From positions 1-50,944 of the forward strand of contig DYMH01000005.1 in NCBI GenBank assembly GCA_020721645.1: a stretch of DNA of 50,944 bases. The letters are read 5' to 3'. Below the pieces are notes generated by a model. It saw nothing but the letters and a program-made list of their open reading frames with translations, did not search any database and was not told where the DNA came from. Below are positions 21,584 through 32,257 of the stretch, piece by piece (the first letter of the stretch is position 1; the number at the start of each line of letters is the position of its first letter). Both the position numbers and the translations under genes were made by a program. The stretch is from Draconibacterium orientale (GTDB lineage Bacteria; Bacteroidota; Bacteroidia; Bacteroidales; JAADGE01).

Positions 21584-21979
21584 ATGACAGATCCGGTAGC
21601 AGATTTTTTGACCAGAATCCGAAATGCTGTACAAGCAAAACACAGAATTGTTGAGATTCCGGCGTCAAATCTTAAAAAAGAAATCACGAAGATTTTATTC
21701 GATAAAGGCTATATTTTAAGCTATAAATTTGAAGAGTTCGGACCGCAAGGCTTAATAAAAATAGCTTTGAAATATCACCCGAAAACAAAAGTTCCTGCAA
21801 TTCGGAAACTTCAAAGAATAAGTAAGCCGGGGCTCCGAAAATATAAAGGAGCTACCGAATTACCCCGAGTGTTAAATGGTTTAGGTATCGCTGTATTATC
21901 TACATCAAAAGGACTCTTAACAGATAAAGAAGCCAAGAAGATGAATGTCGGCGGTGAAGTATTGTGTTACGTATATTAA
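21584..21979 (+). CDS. rpsH: 30S ribosomal protein S8
   Basis: [15 protein letters not shown]... S8 signature. Confidence 0.95.
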   Translation: MTDPVADFLTRIRNAVQAKHRIVEIPASNLKKEITKILFDKGYILSYKFEEFGPQGLIKIALKYHPKTKVPAIRKLQRISKPGLRKYKGATELPRVLNGLGIAVLSTSKGLLTDKEAKKMNVGGEVLCYVY

Positions 21980-21989
21980 AAGATTAAAA

Positions 21990-22613
21990 ATGTCAGGAAC
22001 AGAAAATTTACCGGTTACAACACCGGCGACCAAGGAGCATTTTGAAAGCCACAAAGTGTCAAGAATTGGAAAATTACCGATTAATATACCGGAAGGCGTT
22101 ACTTTGAATGTTTCAGAATCAAACATGGTTACTGTAAAAGGGAAACTGGGTGAACTGTATCAGCAAATAGACCCTGAAATGAAAATTTCGGTAAAAGGCA
22201 ATATTCTTGAAGTGCAAAGCCCAACTGAAGATAAGCACCATAGAACAAAACATGGTTTATCAAGGGCACTCATTAATAACATGGTTGTAGGTGTTTCGCA
22301 GGGTTTTGAGTTAAAAATGGAGCTTGTCGGTGTCGGTTATCGTGCAGCAGCAGTAGGACAACAACTTGAAATATATGTTGGTTATTCTCATGCGATTGTC
22401 CTGGAAATGCCGAATGAAGTAAAAGTTGAAGCTGTTACCGAAAAACGACAGAATTCGATTATTACACTGAAATCAGCCGATAAACAATTAGTTGGGCAAA
22501 TAGCCGCAAAAATAAGAAGTTTCCGCAAACCTGAACCCTATAAAGGAAAAGGGATTAAATTTGTCGGCGAAGTTCTCCGAAGAAAATCAGGAAAAGCAGC
22601 AGGAGCTAAGTAG
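21990..22613 (+). CDS. rplF: 50S ribosomal protein L6. Start chosen at the first Met after the rpsH stop; the track ORF starts earlier and overlaps rpsH.
   Basis: SRIGKLPINIPEGV L6 signature, with an about-20-aa N-terminal extension relative to typical L6. Confidence 0.85.
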   Translation: MSGTENLPVTTPATKEHFESHKVSRIGKLPINIPEGVTLNVSESNMVTVKGKLGELYQQIDPEMKISVKGNILEVQSPTEDKHHRTKHGLSRALINNMVVGVSQGFELKMELVGVGYRAAAVGQQLEIYVGYSHAIVLEMPNEVKVEAVTEKRQNSIITLKSADKQLVGQIAAKIRSFRKPEPYKGKGIKFVGEVLRRKSGKAAGAK

Positions 22614-22644
22614 AACAAGAATCAATCATTAAAAATAAAGAATC

Positions 22645-23001
22645 ATGGCTTTGACAAAGCGAGAAAGCAGATTGAGAATTAAAATGCGTATCCGAAAAAA
22701 AATTTCAGGAACGACAGATATTCCAAGATTATCTGTTTTTAGAAGTAATAAAAACTTCTACGCACAAATTATCGACGATATATCAGGAAAAACCTTAGTA
22801 TCTGCTTCATCAAAATCAAAAGATTTTGCCGAAACGAAAATAAAAAAAATTGAGCAAGCCGAAAAAATAGGCGAATTAATTGCTCAAAAAGCCGTACAAA
22901 ACGGTATTTTAGAAGTAAAATTTGACCGAAATGGTTATTTATATCACGGAAGAGTCAAATCTTTTGCAGAATCTGCACGAAAAGCAGGCTTAAAACTTTA
23001 A
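22645..23001 (+). CDS. rplR: 50S ribosomal protein L18
   Basis: L18 family. Confidence 0.9.
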   Translation: MALTKRESRLRIKMRIRKKISGTTDIPRLSVFRSNKNFYAQIIDDISGKTLVSASSKSKDFAETKIKKIEQAEKIGELIAQKAVQNGILEVKFDRNGYLYHGRVKSFAESARKAGLKL

Positions 23002-23007
23002 AAGAAT

Positions 23008-23523
23008 ATGGCAACAAGCATCAGAAAAGTAAAAACCACCGATTTAGAATTGAAAGACCGTTTAGTAGCCGTTAATCGTGTTACCAAAGTTACAAAAGGA
23101 GGAAGAACATTCAGTTTTTCTGCAATTGTGGTTGTCGGTGATGAAAACGGTATCGTAGGTTACGGATTAGGCAAAGCCAGTGAAGTATCAGCTGCAATAC
23201 AAAAAGGGATTGAAGACGCTAAGAAAAATTTAATCAAAGTTCCCTTACATAAAGGAACCATTCCACACGAACAAACAGCTAAGTTTGGCGGAGCTGATGT
23301 TTTTTTAAAACCTGCATCACACGGGACAGGCGTTAAAGCCGGAGGTGCTATGCGTGCTGTTTTAGAAAGTGTAGGTATAACTGATGTTTTAGCAAAATCA
23401 AAAGGCTCGTCAAACCCTCACAATCTCGTAAAAGCAACATTAGCGGCGTTAATGTTAATGCGTGATGCTGTTATGGTTTCACAAGACAGAGGTGTATCAA
23501 TAGACAAAGTTTTTAACGGTTAG
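23008..23523 (+). CDS. rpsE: 30S ribosomal protein S5
   Basis: S5 family ([21 protein letters not shown]). Confidence 0.95.
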   Translation: MATSIRKVKTTDLELKDRLVAVNRVTKVTKGGRTFSFSAIVVVGDENGIVGYGLGKASEVSAAIQKGIEDAKKNLIKVPLHKGTIPHEQTAKFGGADVFLKPASHGTGVKAGGAMRAVLESVGITDVLAKSKGSSNPHNLVKATLAALMLMRDAVMVSQDRGVSIDKVFNG

Positions 23524-23534
23524 AAAACACAGAA

Positions 23535-23717
23535 ATGGCTAAAATTAAAATCACACTCAGGAAAAGTATTATCGGAAGTACAGAACGCCAAAAACGGACT
23601 GTTACGGCACTTGGATTAAGAAAGGTAAATTCTTCGGCAATTGTTGAAGAAACACCGCAAATACACGGAATGATTTGCAAAGTGGATCATTTAGTTTCTA
23701 AGGAAATCATAAAATAA
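23535..23717 (+). CDS. rpmD: 50S ribosomal protein L30
   Basis: L30 family, 60 aa. Confidence 0.9.
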   Translation: MAKIKITLRKSIIGSTERQKRTVTALGLRKVNSSAIVEETPQIHGMICKVDHLVSKEIIK

Positions 23718-23743
23718 ATCCCGAAAGGAATAAAGACACAGCA

Positions 23744-24190
23744 ATGGATTTAAGTAATTTAACACCGGCGGTTGGATCAACCAAAAACAGAAAAAGAATA
23801 GGGAGAGGTCCCGGCTCGGGAAGAGGCGGAACGTCAACGCGTGGGCACAAAGGTGCAAAATCAAGATCGGGATATTCACGAAAGATTGGTTTTGAAGGCG
23901 GACAAATGCCTATGCAACGACGCTTACCAAAATTCGGCTTTACAAATATAAACAGAAAAGATTATAAAGCTGTTAATGTCAGTGAACTTGAAGTATTAGC
24001 CCAAAAAATTGGGATTAATATTATTGATGTCGATGTTTTAAAACAAGCAGGCATCGTATCAAAAAATGACTTAGTAAAAATACTAGGCAACGGAACAATC
24101 AGTGCTAAAATAGAAGTAAAAGCTCATGCTTTTTCCAAAACGGCAATCGAAATGATTGAAAAAGCCGGAGGAAAAGCGATAAAATTATAA
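23744..24190 (+). CDS. rplO: 50S ribosomal protein L15
   Basis: L15 family, Gly/Arg-rich N-terminus. Confidence 0.9.
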   Translation: MDLSNLTPAVGSTKNRKRIGRGPGSGRGGTSTRGHKGAKSRSGYSRKIGFEGGQMPMQRRLPKFGFTNINRKDYKAVNVSELEVLAQKIGINIIDVDVLKQAGIVSKNDLVKILGNGTISAKIEVKAHAFSKTAIEMIEKAGGKAIKL

Positions 24191-24194
24191 TTCG

Positions 24195-25532
24195 ATGAGA
24201 GGCTTGTTCGAAACTTTAAAAAATATTTACAGAATTGAGGATTTGCGAAACAGAATTATCGCAACACTCGGATTGATTCTAATTTATCGTCTGGGAGCTC
24301 ATATCGTAATTCCGGGAGTTGATCCCCAACAGTTGCAGGGTTTGCAAAAACAAACAGCAGATGGAATACTCGGATTGTTGAATATGTTTTCCGGTGGTGC
24401 ATTTGCAAATGCTTCTGTATTTGCCTTAGGGATAATGCCTTATATTTCTGCATCGATTGTAATCCAGTTGATGGGCATGGCAGTACCGTATTTTCAACGT
24501 TTGCAAAAAGAAGGTGAAAGCGGAAGAAATAAAATAAATCAAATAACTCGATATCTTACAGTTGCAATTACCGCAGCACAAGCCCCGGGTTATATTGCAA
24601 ATTTGGAGGCACAATTACCTGCATCTGCATTTGCAATGCAAGGCGGAATATTTTGGTTTTCTTCTATCCTTATCTTAGTAACAGGTACAATGTTTGTGAT
24701 GTGGTTGGGAGAGAAAATCACCGATAAAGGGATTGGTAACGGTATTTCAATGATTATCATGATTGGAATCATCGCTCGTTTACCCTTCGCTTTATTTGCC
24801 GAATTGACATCAAATCTCGATGCTCAAGGTGGAGGTCTCGTTGTCTTTTTGGTAGAGATGGTCTTTTTATTCCTCGTATTTGTAGCAACAATTGCCTTAG
24901 TGCAAGCAGTACGAAGAATCCCTGTTCAATATGCCAAAAGAATTGTTGGAAATAAACAATATGGTGGGGTAAGGCAATATATCCCTCTTAAAATTAATGC
25001 CGCAGGTGTAATGCCCATTATTTTTGCACAAGCATTAATGTTTTTCCCTATGCTGTTAGCCGGTTTCAATACCGATGCAACAACAGGAATTGCCGCAGCA
25101 TTCGCAGATATTACAGGGTTTTGGTATAATTTCACTTTCGGAGTGCTTATCGTTATCTTCACTTATTTTTATACTGCCATTACTGTGAATCCGACTCAAA
25201 TGGCTGAGGATATGAAGAAAAACGGTGGTTTTATTCCCGGAATTAAACCCGGACGAAAAACAGTCGAGTTTCTCGACTCTGTGATGTCTCGAATTACACT
25301 TCCGGGTTCAATATTTTTAGCATTAGTTGCCATTATGCCGGCTTTTGCAATGATTTCAGGAATTAACAATCAGTTTGCACAATTTTACGGCGGAACTTCA
25401 CTCTTAATTTTAGTAGGAGTCGTTTTAGATACGCTGCAACAAATAGAAAGCCATTTACTCATGCGTCATTATGATGGTTTGATGAAAACAGGACGCATTA
25501 AAGGACGAACAGGAGCAACAGCTTCAGTATAA
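24195..25532 (+). CDS. secY: Preprotein translocase subunit SecY
   Basis: 445 aa, 10 predicted TM helices, conserved SecY N-terminus. Confidence 0.95.
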   Translation: MRGLFETLKNIYRIEDLRNRIIATLGLILIYRLGAHIVIPGVDPQQLQGLQKQTADGILGLLNMFSGGAFANASVFALGIMPYISASIVIQLMGMAVPYFQRLQKEGESGRNKINQITRYLTVAITAAQAPGYIANLEAQLPASAFAMQGGIFWFSSILILVTGTMFVMWLGEKITDKGIGNGISMIIMIGIIARLPFALFAELTSNLDAQGGGLVVFLVEMVFLFLVFVATIALVQAVRRIPVQYAKRIVGNKQYGGVRQYIPLKINAAGVMPIIFAQALMFFPMLLAGFNTDATTGIAAAFADITGFWYNFTFGVLIVIFTYFYTAITVNPTQMAEDMKKNGGFIPGIKPGRKTVEFLDSVMSRITLPGSIFLALVAIMPAFAMISGINNQFAQFYGGTSLLILVGVVLDTLQQIESHLLMRHYDGLMKTGRIKGRTGATASV

Positions 25533-25534
25533 TT

Positions 25535-25753
25535 ATGGGAAAACAAGCATCAATAGAACAAGACGGCACAATTTCGGAGGCACTTTCGAATGCAATGTTC
25601 AGAGTTGAACTCGAAAATGGTCATGTTATCACAGCACATATTTCAGGTAAAATGAGATTGCATTTTATTCGAATAATACCGGGTGATAAAGTACGTGTCG
25701 AAATGTCGCCTTACGATTTAAGCAAAGGAAGAATAACATTCAGATATAAATAA
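25535..25753 (+). CDS. infA: Translation initiation factor IF-1
   Basis: S1-like IF-1, 72 aa. Follows secY directly, with no adk or map gene between them. Confidence 0.9.
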   Translation: MGKQASIEQDGTISEALSNAMFRVELENGHVITAHISGKMRLHFIRIIPGDKVRVEMSPYDLSKGRITFRYK

Positions 25754-25763
25754 AACTATACCA

Positions 25764-25880
25764 ATGAGAGTCAGAACATCTATTAAAAAACGAAGTGCCG
25801 ACTGTAAAATAGTCAAGCGTAAAGGTCGATTATACGTAATCAACAAAAAAAATCCTAAATTTAAACAACGACAAGGTTAA
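25764..25880 (+). CDS. rpmJ: 50S ribosomal protein L36 (38 aa; absent from the ORF track because it is under 60 aa)
   Basis: Manual translation gives [38 protein letters not shown], a zinc-ribbon L36, between infA and rpsM. Confidence 0.85.
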   Translation: MRVRTSIKKRSADCKIVKRKGRLYVINKKNPKFKQRQG

Positions 25881-25900
25881 GAAACAGTAAAATTTATAAT

Positions 25901-26278
25901 ATGGCACGTATTGCAGGGGTTGATATACCGGATAAAAAACGAGGTGAAATTTCTTTGACATATATCTTTGGTATCGGAAGAAGTTCGGCACGGAAAATTT
26001 TAGACAAAGCCGGAGTTGATTTAAACAAAAAAGTTCTCGATTGGACAGATGAAGAAGTTGCTAATATCAGAAACGTCATCGGTCTGGAATACAAAATCGA
26101 AGGAGAACTCCGTTCGGAAGTGCAATTAAATATCAAACGATTAATGGATATTGGTTGTTATCGGGGAATTCGACATCGTGTTGGTTTGCCGGTTCGAGGA
26201 CAAAGAACAAAAAATAATACTCGTACCCGAAAAGGAAAACGAAAAACTATTGCTAACAAGAAAAAAGCCACAAAATAG
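25901..26278 (+). CDS. rpsM: 30S ribosomal protein S13
   Basis: [10 protein letters not shown]... S13 signature. Confidence 0.95.
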   Translation: MARIAGVDIPDKKRGEISLTYIFGIGRSSARKILDKAGVDLNKKVLDWTDEEVANIRNVIGLEYKIEGELRSEVQLNIKRLMDIGCYRGIRHRVGLPVRGQRTKNNTRTRKGKRKTIANKKKATK

Positions 26279-26293
26279 TAAATACGAATAAAC

Positions 26294-26689
26294 ATGGCAA
26301 AAAAGAAAAAAACGAAAGTTTCCAAGAAAAGAGTCGTTAAAGTAGATGCAATCGGACAGGCATATATACATTCGTCGTTCAACAACATCATTATTTCATT
26401 GACTAACAATACAGGACAAGTAATTAGTTGGGCATCTGCCGGAAAAATGGGTTTCAAAGGCTCAAAAAAAAACACACCTTACGCAGCCCAAACGGCAGCA
26501 GCAGAATGTGCTAAATCAGCTTTCGACTTAGGACTTCGTAAAGTTAAAGTGTTTGTAAAAGGACCGGGTAATGGTCGTGAATCGGCAATACGCTCACTGC
26601 ATACTTCCGGAATTGAAGTAATGGAAATTACCGACGTAACTCCTTTACCGCATAATGGTTGCAGACCGCCCAAACGAAGAAGAGTATAG
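26294..26689 (+). CDS. rpsK: 30S ribosomal protein S11
   Basis: S11 family. Confidence 0.95.
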   Translation: MAKKKKTKVSKKRVVKVDAIGQAYIHSSFNNIIISLTNNTGQVISWASAGKMGFKGSKKNTPYAAQTAAAECAKSAFDLGLRKVKVFVKGPGNGRESAIRSLHTSGIEVMEITDVTPLPHNGCRPPKRRRV

Positions 26690-26715
26690 TTTGTAATATT
26701 AATAAGTTTATATAA

Positions 26716-27321
26716 ATGGCAAGGTACATAGGACCAAAAACAAGAATTGCAAGAAAATTCGGTGAACCAATTTTTGGTTCAGACAAAAATTTCGAAAAAC
26801 GCAATTACCCACCCGGACAACACGGCTTGGATAAAAAAAGAAAAAAAGTTTCGGAATACGGAACCCAACTCTTGGAAAAACAAAAAGCGAAATATACTTA
26901 CGGATTGTTAGAAAAACAATTTGCAAATACATTCCACAAGGCAACTCGAATTAAAGGGATTACAGGCGTTGTTTTATTACAACTCTTAGAATCTCGCTTA
27001 GACAATGTAGTTTATCGTTTGGGAATTGCTCCCACGCGGGCTGCTGCACGTCAATTGGTTTCTCACCGACACATCACCGTCAACGGAAAGGTTGTAAACA
27101 TTCCTTCATATTTGATGTCAGCAGGAGAACTTGTCGGAGTGCGTCAAAAATCTGCTTCCTTAGAAGTTATTACTGAATCCCTATCACATGGGAGAAAGAA
27201 ATTACCTTGGTTGGAGTGGGACAAAGAGCAAATGCTCGGAAAATATGTTTCCAGACCGGAAAGAGAAGATATACACGAAAATATCAAAGAACAATTGATT
27301 GTAGAATTATATTCTAAATAA
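26716..27321 (+). CDS. rpsD: 30S ribosomal protein S4
   Basis: [16 protein letters not shown]... S4 signature. Confidence 0.95.
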   Translation: MARYIGPKTRIARKFGEPIFGSDKNFEKRNYPPGQHGLDKKRKKVSEYGTQLLEKQKAKYTYGLLEKQFANTFHKATRIKGITGVVLLQLLESRLDNVVYRLGIAPTRAAARQLVSHRHITVNGKVVNIPSYLMSAGELVGVRQKSASLEVITESLSHGRKKLPWLEWDKEQMLGKYVSRPEREDIHENIKEQLIVELYSK

Positions 27322-27339
27322 AATATAAGATTTTTATTT

Positions 27340-28332
27340 ATGGCAATTTTAGCTTTCCAAAAACCGGATAAGGTTTATATGGTTGAATCAAATAATTTCT
27401 TCGGAAAATTTGAATTTCGACCCTTAGAACCGGGATACGGGATAACAATAGGCAATGCTTTACGGAGAATACTTTTATCTTCCTTAGAGGGATTTGCCAT
27501 AACTTCTGTAAAAATCGAAGGTGTAGAACATGAATTTTCTACTGTAGCCGGTGTTATTGAAGACGTAACCCAAATCATTTTGAATCTGAAAAAGATTCGA
27601 TTCAAAAGAATTGTTGATGAAACAGAATTCGAAAAAGTTACTATCAATATTTCGGGTAAAGAAGTTTTTAAAGCCGAAGACCTCGATAATTTCATGAACG
27701 GATTTAAAGTCCTGAATCCCGACTTAAAAATTTGCAGCATGGAACCAAAAGTTAAATTCCAAATGGTTTTAACAATTGGTAAAGGAAGAGGATACGTCCC
27801 GGCAGAAGAATTAAAAAATATCCCAAGTGAGTTTGGTGTTATACCCATCGATGCTATTTACACTCCCATCAAAAATGTAAAGTACAGCATAGAAAACGTT
27901 CGAGTAGAACAAAAAACCGATTACGAAAAATTAATTTTCGATATACAAACCGATGGCTCCATCAACCCCAAAGACGCTCTGAAAGAAGCTGCAAAAATCC
28001 TTATTCATCATTTCATGTTGTTTTCCGATGAAAAAATAACTCTGGATAACGACGAAAAACATGAAAACGAAGAATTTGATGAAGAAATTTTGCACATGAG
28101 GCAATTGCTAAAAACAAAATTGGTCGATATGGATTTATCCGTAAGAGCTTTAAATTGTTTAAAAGCGGCTGATGTAGAAACACTTGGTGAACTTGTTATT
28201 TATAACAAAAATGACTTGTTAAAATTCAGAAATTTCGGAAAAAAATCATTATCAGAACTCGATGTACTCTTGGATACTATGAATTTGAGCTTTGGTATGG
28301 ACGTAGTAAAATATAAATTAGACAAGGATTAA
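27340..28332 (+). CDS. rpoA: DNA-directed RNA polymerase subunit alpha
   Basis: 330 aa. NTD dimerisation domain and an alpha-CTD. Confidence 0.95.
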   Translation: MAILAFQKPDKVYMVESNNFFGKFEFRPLEPGYGITIGNALRRILLSSLEGFAITSVKIEGVEHEFSTVAGVIEDVTQIILNLKKIRFKRIVDETEFEKVTINISGKEVFKAEDLDNFMNGFKVLNPDLKICSMEPKVKFQMVLTIGKGRGYVPAEELKNIPSEFGVIPIDAIYTPIKNVKYSIENVRVEQKTDYEKLIFDIQTDGSINPKDALKEAAKILIHHFMLFSDEKITLDNDEKHENEEFDEEILHMRQLLKTKLVDMDLSVRALNCLKAADVETLGELVIYNKNDLLKFRNFGKKSLSELDVLLDTMNLSFGMDVVKYKLDKD

Positions 28333-28343
28333 GAGATAATACA

Positions 28344-28850
28344 ATGAGACACGGAAATAAAATAAACCATTTAGGCAGAAAAAGCGCTCACCGAAAAGCA
28401 ATGTTGGCAAACATGGCAATCTCACTGATTGAGCATAAAAGAATAGCAACAACTCTTGCAAAAGCAAAAGCTTTACGTACTTATGTTGAACCTTTGATTA
28501 CAAAATCAAAAGACGACAGTACACATTCACGACGTATGGTTTTTAGCTATATTCAAAGCAAAGAGGCTGTAACAGAGCTGTTTAGAGACATTGCTGCGAA
28601 AGTTGCAAATCGACCCGGAGGTTATACTCGAATATTAAAAACAGGATTTCGTATGGGCGACAATGCTGAAATGTGCATCATAGAACTTGTTGATTTTAAC
28701 GAAACGTATTCGGTAAGCAAAACCGCTAAGGCTGCAAATGCAAAAACAACACGACGCGGCGGAAGAAAGAAAAAATCGACAGAAAACGACACCGTTAAAC
28801 ATACAGAAACATCGAAAACAAAAGAAACAAATTCTGAAGAAACGAAATAA
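28344..28850 (+). CDS. rplQ: 50S ribosomal protein L17 with Lys/Thr-rich C-terminal extension
   Basis: L17 family core, about 125 aa, plus an about-45-aa low-complexity tail. Confidence 0.9.
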   Translation: MRHGNKINHLGRKSAHRKAMLANMAISLIEHKRIATTLAKAKALRTYVEPLITKSKDDSTHSRRMVFSYIQSKEAVTELFRDIAAKVANRPGGYTRILKTGFRMGDNAEMCIIELVDFNETYSVSKTAKAANAKTTRRGGRKKKSTENDTVKHTETSKTKETNSEETK

Positions 28851-28863
28851 AAGGAATCACTTT

Positions 28864-28898
28864 AAAAAAAAAGAAGGCATTTGCCTTCTTTTTTTTTG
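28864..28898 (+). terminator. Intrinsic terminator ending the ribosomal-protein super-operon
   Basis: A-run, gaaggca-tt-tgccttc hairpin, then a 9-nt T-run. Confidence 0.8.
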
Positions 28899-29112
28899 TT
28901 CTTAAAGTAATACCATTACGTAAACGATTTAAAATTTTGAATTTTTTTATACTTGTTGTTTTTATGGCTGCCTTCGCAAAAGATTAAAAAATTTATTCCG
29001 CAATTTTATTCTACTTGACATATTTAAAACAGACAAAATAAATTTATTACAGAGGTTTTGTGTTATTCCTATTTTTTTCTCAAATATACTTAATATGATT
29101 TCAGTTTTGAGA

Positions 29113-29180
29113 ATCCACAGAGTCTCACAGAGAATAAAAACCGCTTTGCGGTTTTTAGAACTCAGTGTCCTCTGTGTGTC
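29113..29180. other. Extended palindrome/hairpin with perfect core aaaaaccgc-ttt-gcggttttt, in the intergenic region upstream of nfnA
   Basis: Perfect 9-bp stem with a 3-nt loop, flanked by imperfect inverted arms (ccacagag ... ctctgtgtg). Could act as a bidirectional terminator or a protein-binding site. Confidence 0.4.
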
Positions 29181-29617
29181 CTCCAACAGTTTATATTACA
29201 TCGTGTTACAAAATTTCTCTGTGTTAATATAAATCTATTAAAATATAATTAAGTCCGGTATAAAAAGCTCAAATTTTGGAATCAGACACGCAAAACGGTT
29301 ATCTAATTAACTGTTTTATAACATTTTGATGACAATAAATTTTGCATATATAACCGCTATCCGACTTTTTAAACTGAACACATAATTAAAATACGAAATT
29401 GATTGTTTGCAGTAAAATTTCTTTTTAAACACTCTATTTCTCAACTGTCGGAAAATCTATAAATTCGTTCAAATCCCCTTATTTTAATATTTTTAAGAAA
29501 AAAATCTGCTTTAAAATAGGGTTTTTGAATATTTTTTTGCGTTCAATCGAAAATTGTCTCATTTTATTCAATAAAATAATAAATTTGCACTTATTCAAAT
29601 AAAAAAAATAATATACA

Positions 29618-30451
29618 ATGAATAAAATCATAAGCAAAGAAAATTTATCCGAAAAAGTTACAAAACTCGTTATAGATGCACCGGAAATTGCACAAACACG
29701 TAAACCAGGACACTTTGTAATTGTTCGTGTCGAAAATAACGGCGAACGAATTCCGTTAACCATCGCCGATTCAGACACGCACAACGGAACAATAACTCTT
29801 ATTATTCAGGAAGTTGGCGTTACTTCTGCGAAACTTATTGCATTAAATCAAGGCGATTCGGTCTTAGACATTGTCGGTCCTCTTGGGAAAGCCACAAACA
29901 TTCATAAAATAGGAACTGTTCTCTGTGCCGGGGGAGGTGTCGGAATTGCACCACTTTTTCCAATCGTCAAAGGCTACAAAGAAGCAGGCAATAGGGTTAT
30001 CACCGTGTTAGCCGCACGAAACAAAGACCTCTTGATTCTTGAAAACGAAATCAGACACTATTCCGATGAAGTTATTATTATGACCGATGACGGCAGCTAT
30101 GGTCAAAAAGGACTGGTAACCGTTGGTTTAGAACTTGTTATGCAACGAGAACCCGTTGCCGAAGCCATTGTTATCGGTCCGGCAATTATGATGAAATTTG
30201 CTGCATTAACGACAAAAAAATATAATGTACCCACTCAGGCTAGTTTAAACACAATTATGGTCGATGGTACCGGAATGTGCGGAGCTTGTCGGGTTACAGT
30301 CGGCGGCGAAACAAAATTTGTTTGCGTTGATGGTCCGGAATTTGATGCTAATTTGGTTGATTTCGACCAAATGCTCCAGCGCCTGAGTGCATATAAAGAT
30401 GACGAAACAGTGCATTTTCACGAATATCAAACTTGTAAAACCCACAAATAA
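29618..30451 (+). CDS. nfnA: NfnA/SudB-like FAD + [2Fe-2S] ferredoxin-NADP reductase-type subunit
   Basis: PyrK/FNR-like fold. C-terminal Cys cluster (GTGMCGACRV...CVDGPEF). Immediately upstream of a GltD-like gene. Confidence 0.7.
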   Translation: MNKIISKENLSEKVTKLVIDAPEIAQTRKPGHFVIVRVENNGERIPLTIADSDTHNGTITLIIQEVGVTSAKLIALNQGDSVLDIVGPLGKATNIHKIGTVLCAGGGVGIAPLFPIVKGYKEAGNRVITVLAARNKDLLILENEIRHYSDEVIIMTDDGSYGQKGLVTVGLELVMQREPVAEAIVIGPAIMMKFAALTTKKYNVPTQASLNTIMVDGTGMCGACRVTVGGETKFVCVDGPEFDANLVDFDQMLQRLSAYKDDETVHFHEYQTCKTHK

Positions 30452-30681
30452 TTGCAGAAACGATTCTGCTCATCTTATCTTTTCCGGATAAAGATTTTCT
30501 GTTATTTTTATTTTCGTAGATTATCCGGCAGTTCGGCACAATTTATCATTGACTTATATACTATACGCAATTAATAGATGCACTTTATAAATATACAATC
30601 ACCTCATTTTCAGCTTTTTTTCAAAATACTAACTACTATTTACTAACTACTTTTATTATAATTTATATAAATATCAATAAA

Positions 30682-32169
30682 ATGAAAGATTTAGAATACT
30701 ATAAAATTGAAAGAGCCCAACAATGGCGGGAAGAATTACGAAAAAATCTGAAAGCCAAAGACAGAACTTCGCTCGACCGCTGTCAAATGGTAGAGCAAGA
30801 CCCAATGCAACGAAATACAAACTTTTCAGAAGTCAATCTGGGAATCAGCGAAGAAATAGCTTACAACGAATCCCGCAGATGTCTCGATTGTGCCGATCCA
30901 ACTTGTATCGATGGTTGCCCTGTGAATATCAACATTCCAAAATTTATTAAAAAAATAGAACTCAAAGATTTTCTCGGAGCTGCTGCCATACTGAAAGAAA
31001 CAAACACTTTACCGGCTGTTTGCGGACGAGTTTGCCCACAAGAAAAACAATGCGAAAATAGTTGTTTTTATACTGTAAAACTTGCAAAACCGCCCGTTGC
31101 AATTGGCTTTCTCGAAAGATTTGCTGCGGATTATGAACGAAACAGCGGGAAAATTTCTATCCCCGAAGTCTCAAAAAGTAACCGATTGAAAGTTGCATCT
31201 GTCGGTTCGGGACCTGCCGGATTGGCTTGGGCTGCCGACATGGCACGCATCGGCTACGATGTTACTGTTTTTGAAGCTCTTCACGAAATTGGAGGCGTTT
31301 TAAAGTATGGAATCCCTGAATTTCGTTTACCTAACGAAATTATTGATTTTGAAATTGAAAATCTTAAGAAAATGGGCGTTAAATTCCGTCCAAATTTTAT
31401 TGTCGGTAAAACAAAACATTTCGATGATTTGCGCAATGAAGGCTTTAAAGCTTTTTTTGTGGGAAGCGGAGCCGGTTTACCCAATTTTATGAATATTCCC
31501 GGCGAAAACAGCATTAATATTTTATCATCGAACGAATACCTTACCCGCATTAATTTGATGGGTGCAATACGAAATGTAAATTCGGACACGCCTGCACCCA
31601 ATGGGAAAGTTGTTGCCGTTATCGGAGGCGGCAATACAGCTATGGATTCCGTACGCACAGCAAAGCGTCTGGGAGCCGAAAGGGCAATTATTGTTTACAG
31701 ACGTTCCCGCGAGGAAATGCCCGCTCGTATCGAAGAAGTGCATCATGCGATTGAAGAAGGGATTGAATTTTTAAATTTGCACAATCCTATTGAATACATT
31801 GCCGATGAAAAGGGTTTTGTAAAAAAAATGATTCTACAAAAAATGGAACTCGGCGAACCGGATTCTTCAGGGCGAAGAAAACCTGTTCCTATTCAAGGTG
31901 TAACGGAAACGATTGATGTTGATGTGGTGGTGGTTGCCGTGGGTGTTTCGCCAAATCCTTTGGTGCCTTCCGTGCTCGAAAACCTCGAAGTAACCAAATG
32001 GGGAACTATTGTGGTGAACGAGAATATGCAATCATCAATCGAAGATGTTTTTGCCGGCGGCGATATTGTTCGAGGCGGAGCAACCGTTATTTTAGCAATG
32101 GGCGATGGGCGAAAAGCTGCCGAAGGGATGAATAAATACATACAAGAAAAATTTGCAGAAAAAAAATAG
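30682..32169 (+). CDS. nfnB: NfnB/SudA-like subunit, homologous to the glutamate synthase small chain GltD (2x[4Fe-4S] + FAD + NAD(P)H)
   Basis: Two Cys clusters near the N-terminus (CLDCADPTCIDGCP, CGRVCPQEKQCE). Tandem dinucleotide-binding GxGxxG motifs (VGSGPAGLAWA, VIGGGNTAMD). Confidence 0.75.
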   Translation: MKDLEYYKIERAQQWREELRKNLKAKDRTSLDRCQMVEQDPMQRNTNFSEVNLGISEEIAYNESRRCLDCADPTCIDGCPVNINIPKFIKKIELKDFLGAAAILKETNTLPAVCGRVCPQEKQCENSCFYTVKLAKPPVAIGFLERFAADYERNSGKISIPEVSKSNRLKVASVGSGPAGLAWAADMARIGYDVTVFEALHEIGGVLKYGIPEFRLPNEIIDFEIENLKKMGVKFRPNFIVGKTKHFDDLRNEGFKAFFVGSGAGLPNFMNIPGENSINILSSNEYLTRINLMGAIRNVNSDTPAPNGKVVAVIGGGNTAMDSVRTAKRLGAERAIIVYRRSREEMPARIEEVHHAIEEGIEFLNLHNPIEYIADEKGFVKKMILQKMELGEPDSSGRRKPVPIQGVTETIDVDVVVVAVGVSPNPLVPSVLENLEVTKWGTIVVNENMQSSIEDVFAGGDIVRGGATVILAMGDGRKAAEGMNKYIQEKFAEKK

Positions 32170-32257
32170 TAAATATCAAGCAACCATAAACACAAAGCTC
32201 CATAAAATAGCATAATTTACGCTCTGAGAAATATCCATCATACCAACAAAACAAACG

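Noticed and set aside
28962-29186. 74-aa - strand ORF in the rplQ-nfnA gap
   Set aside because: It overlaps the large palindrome, has no start context, and its residues are low-complexity.
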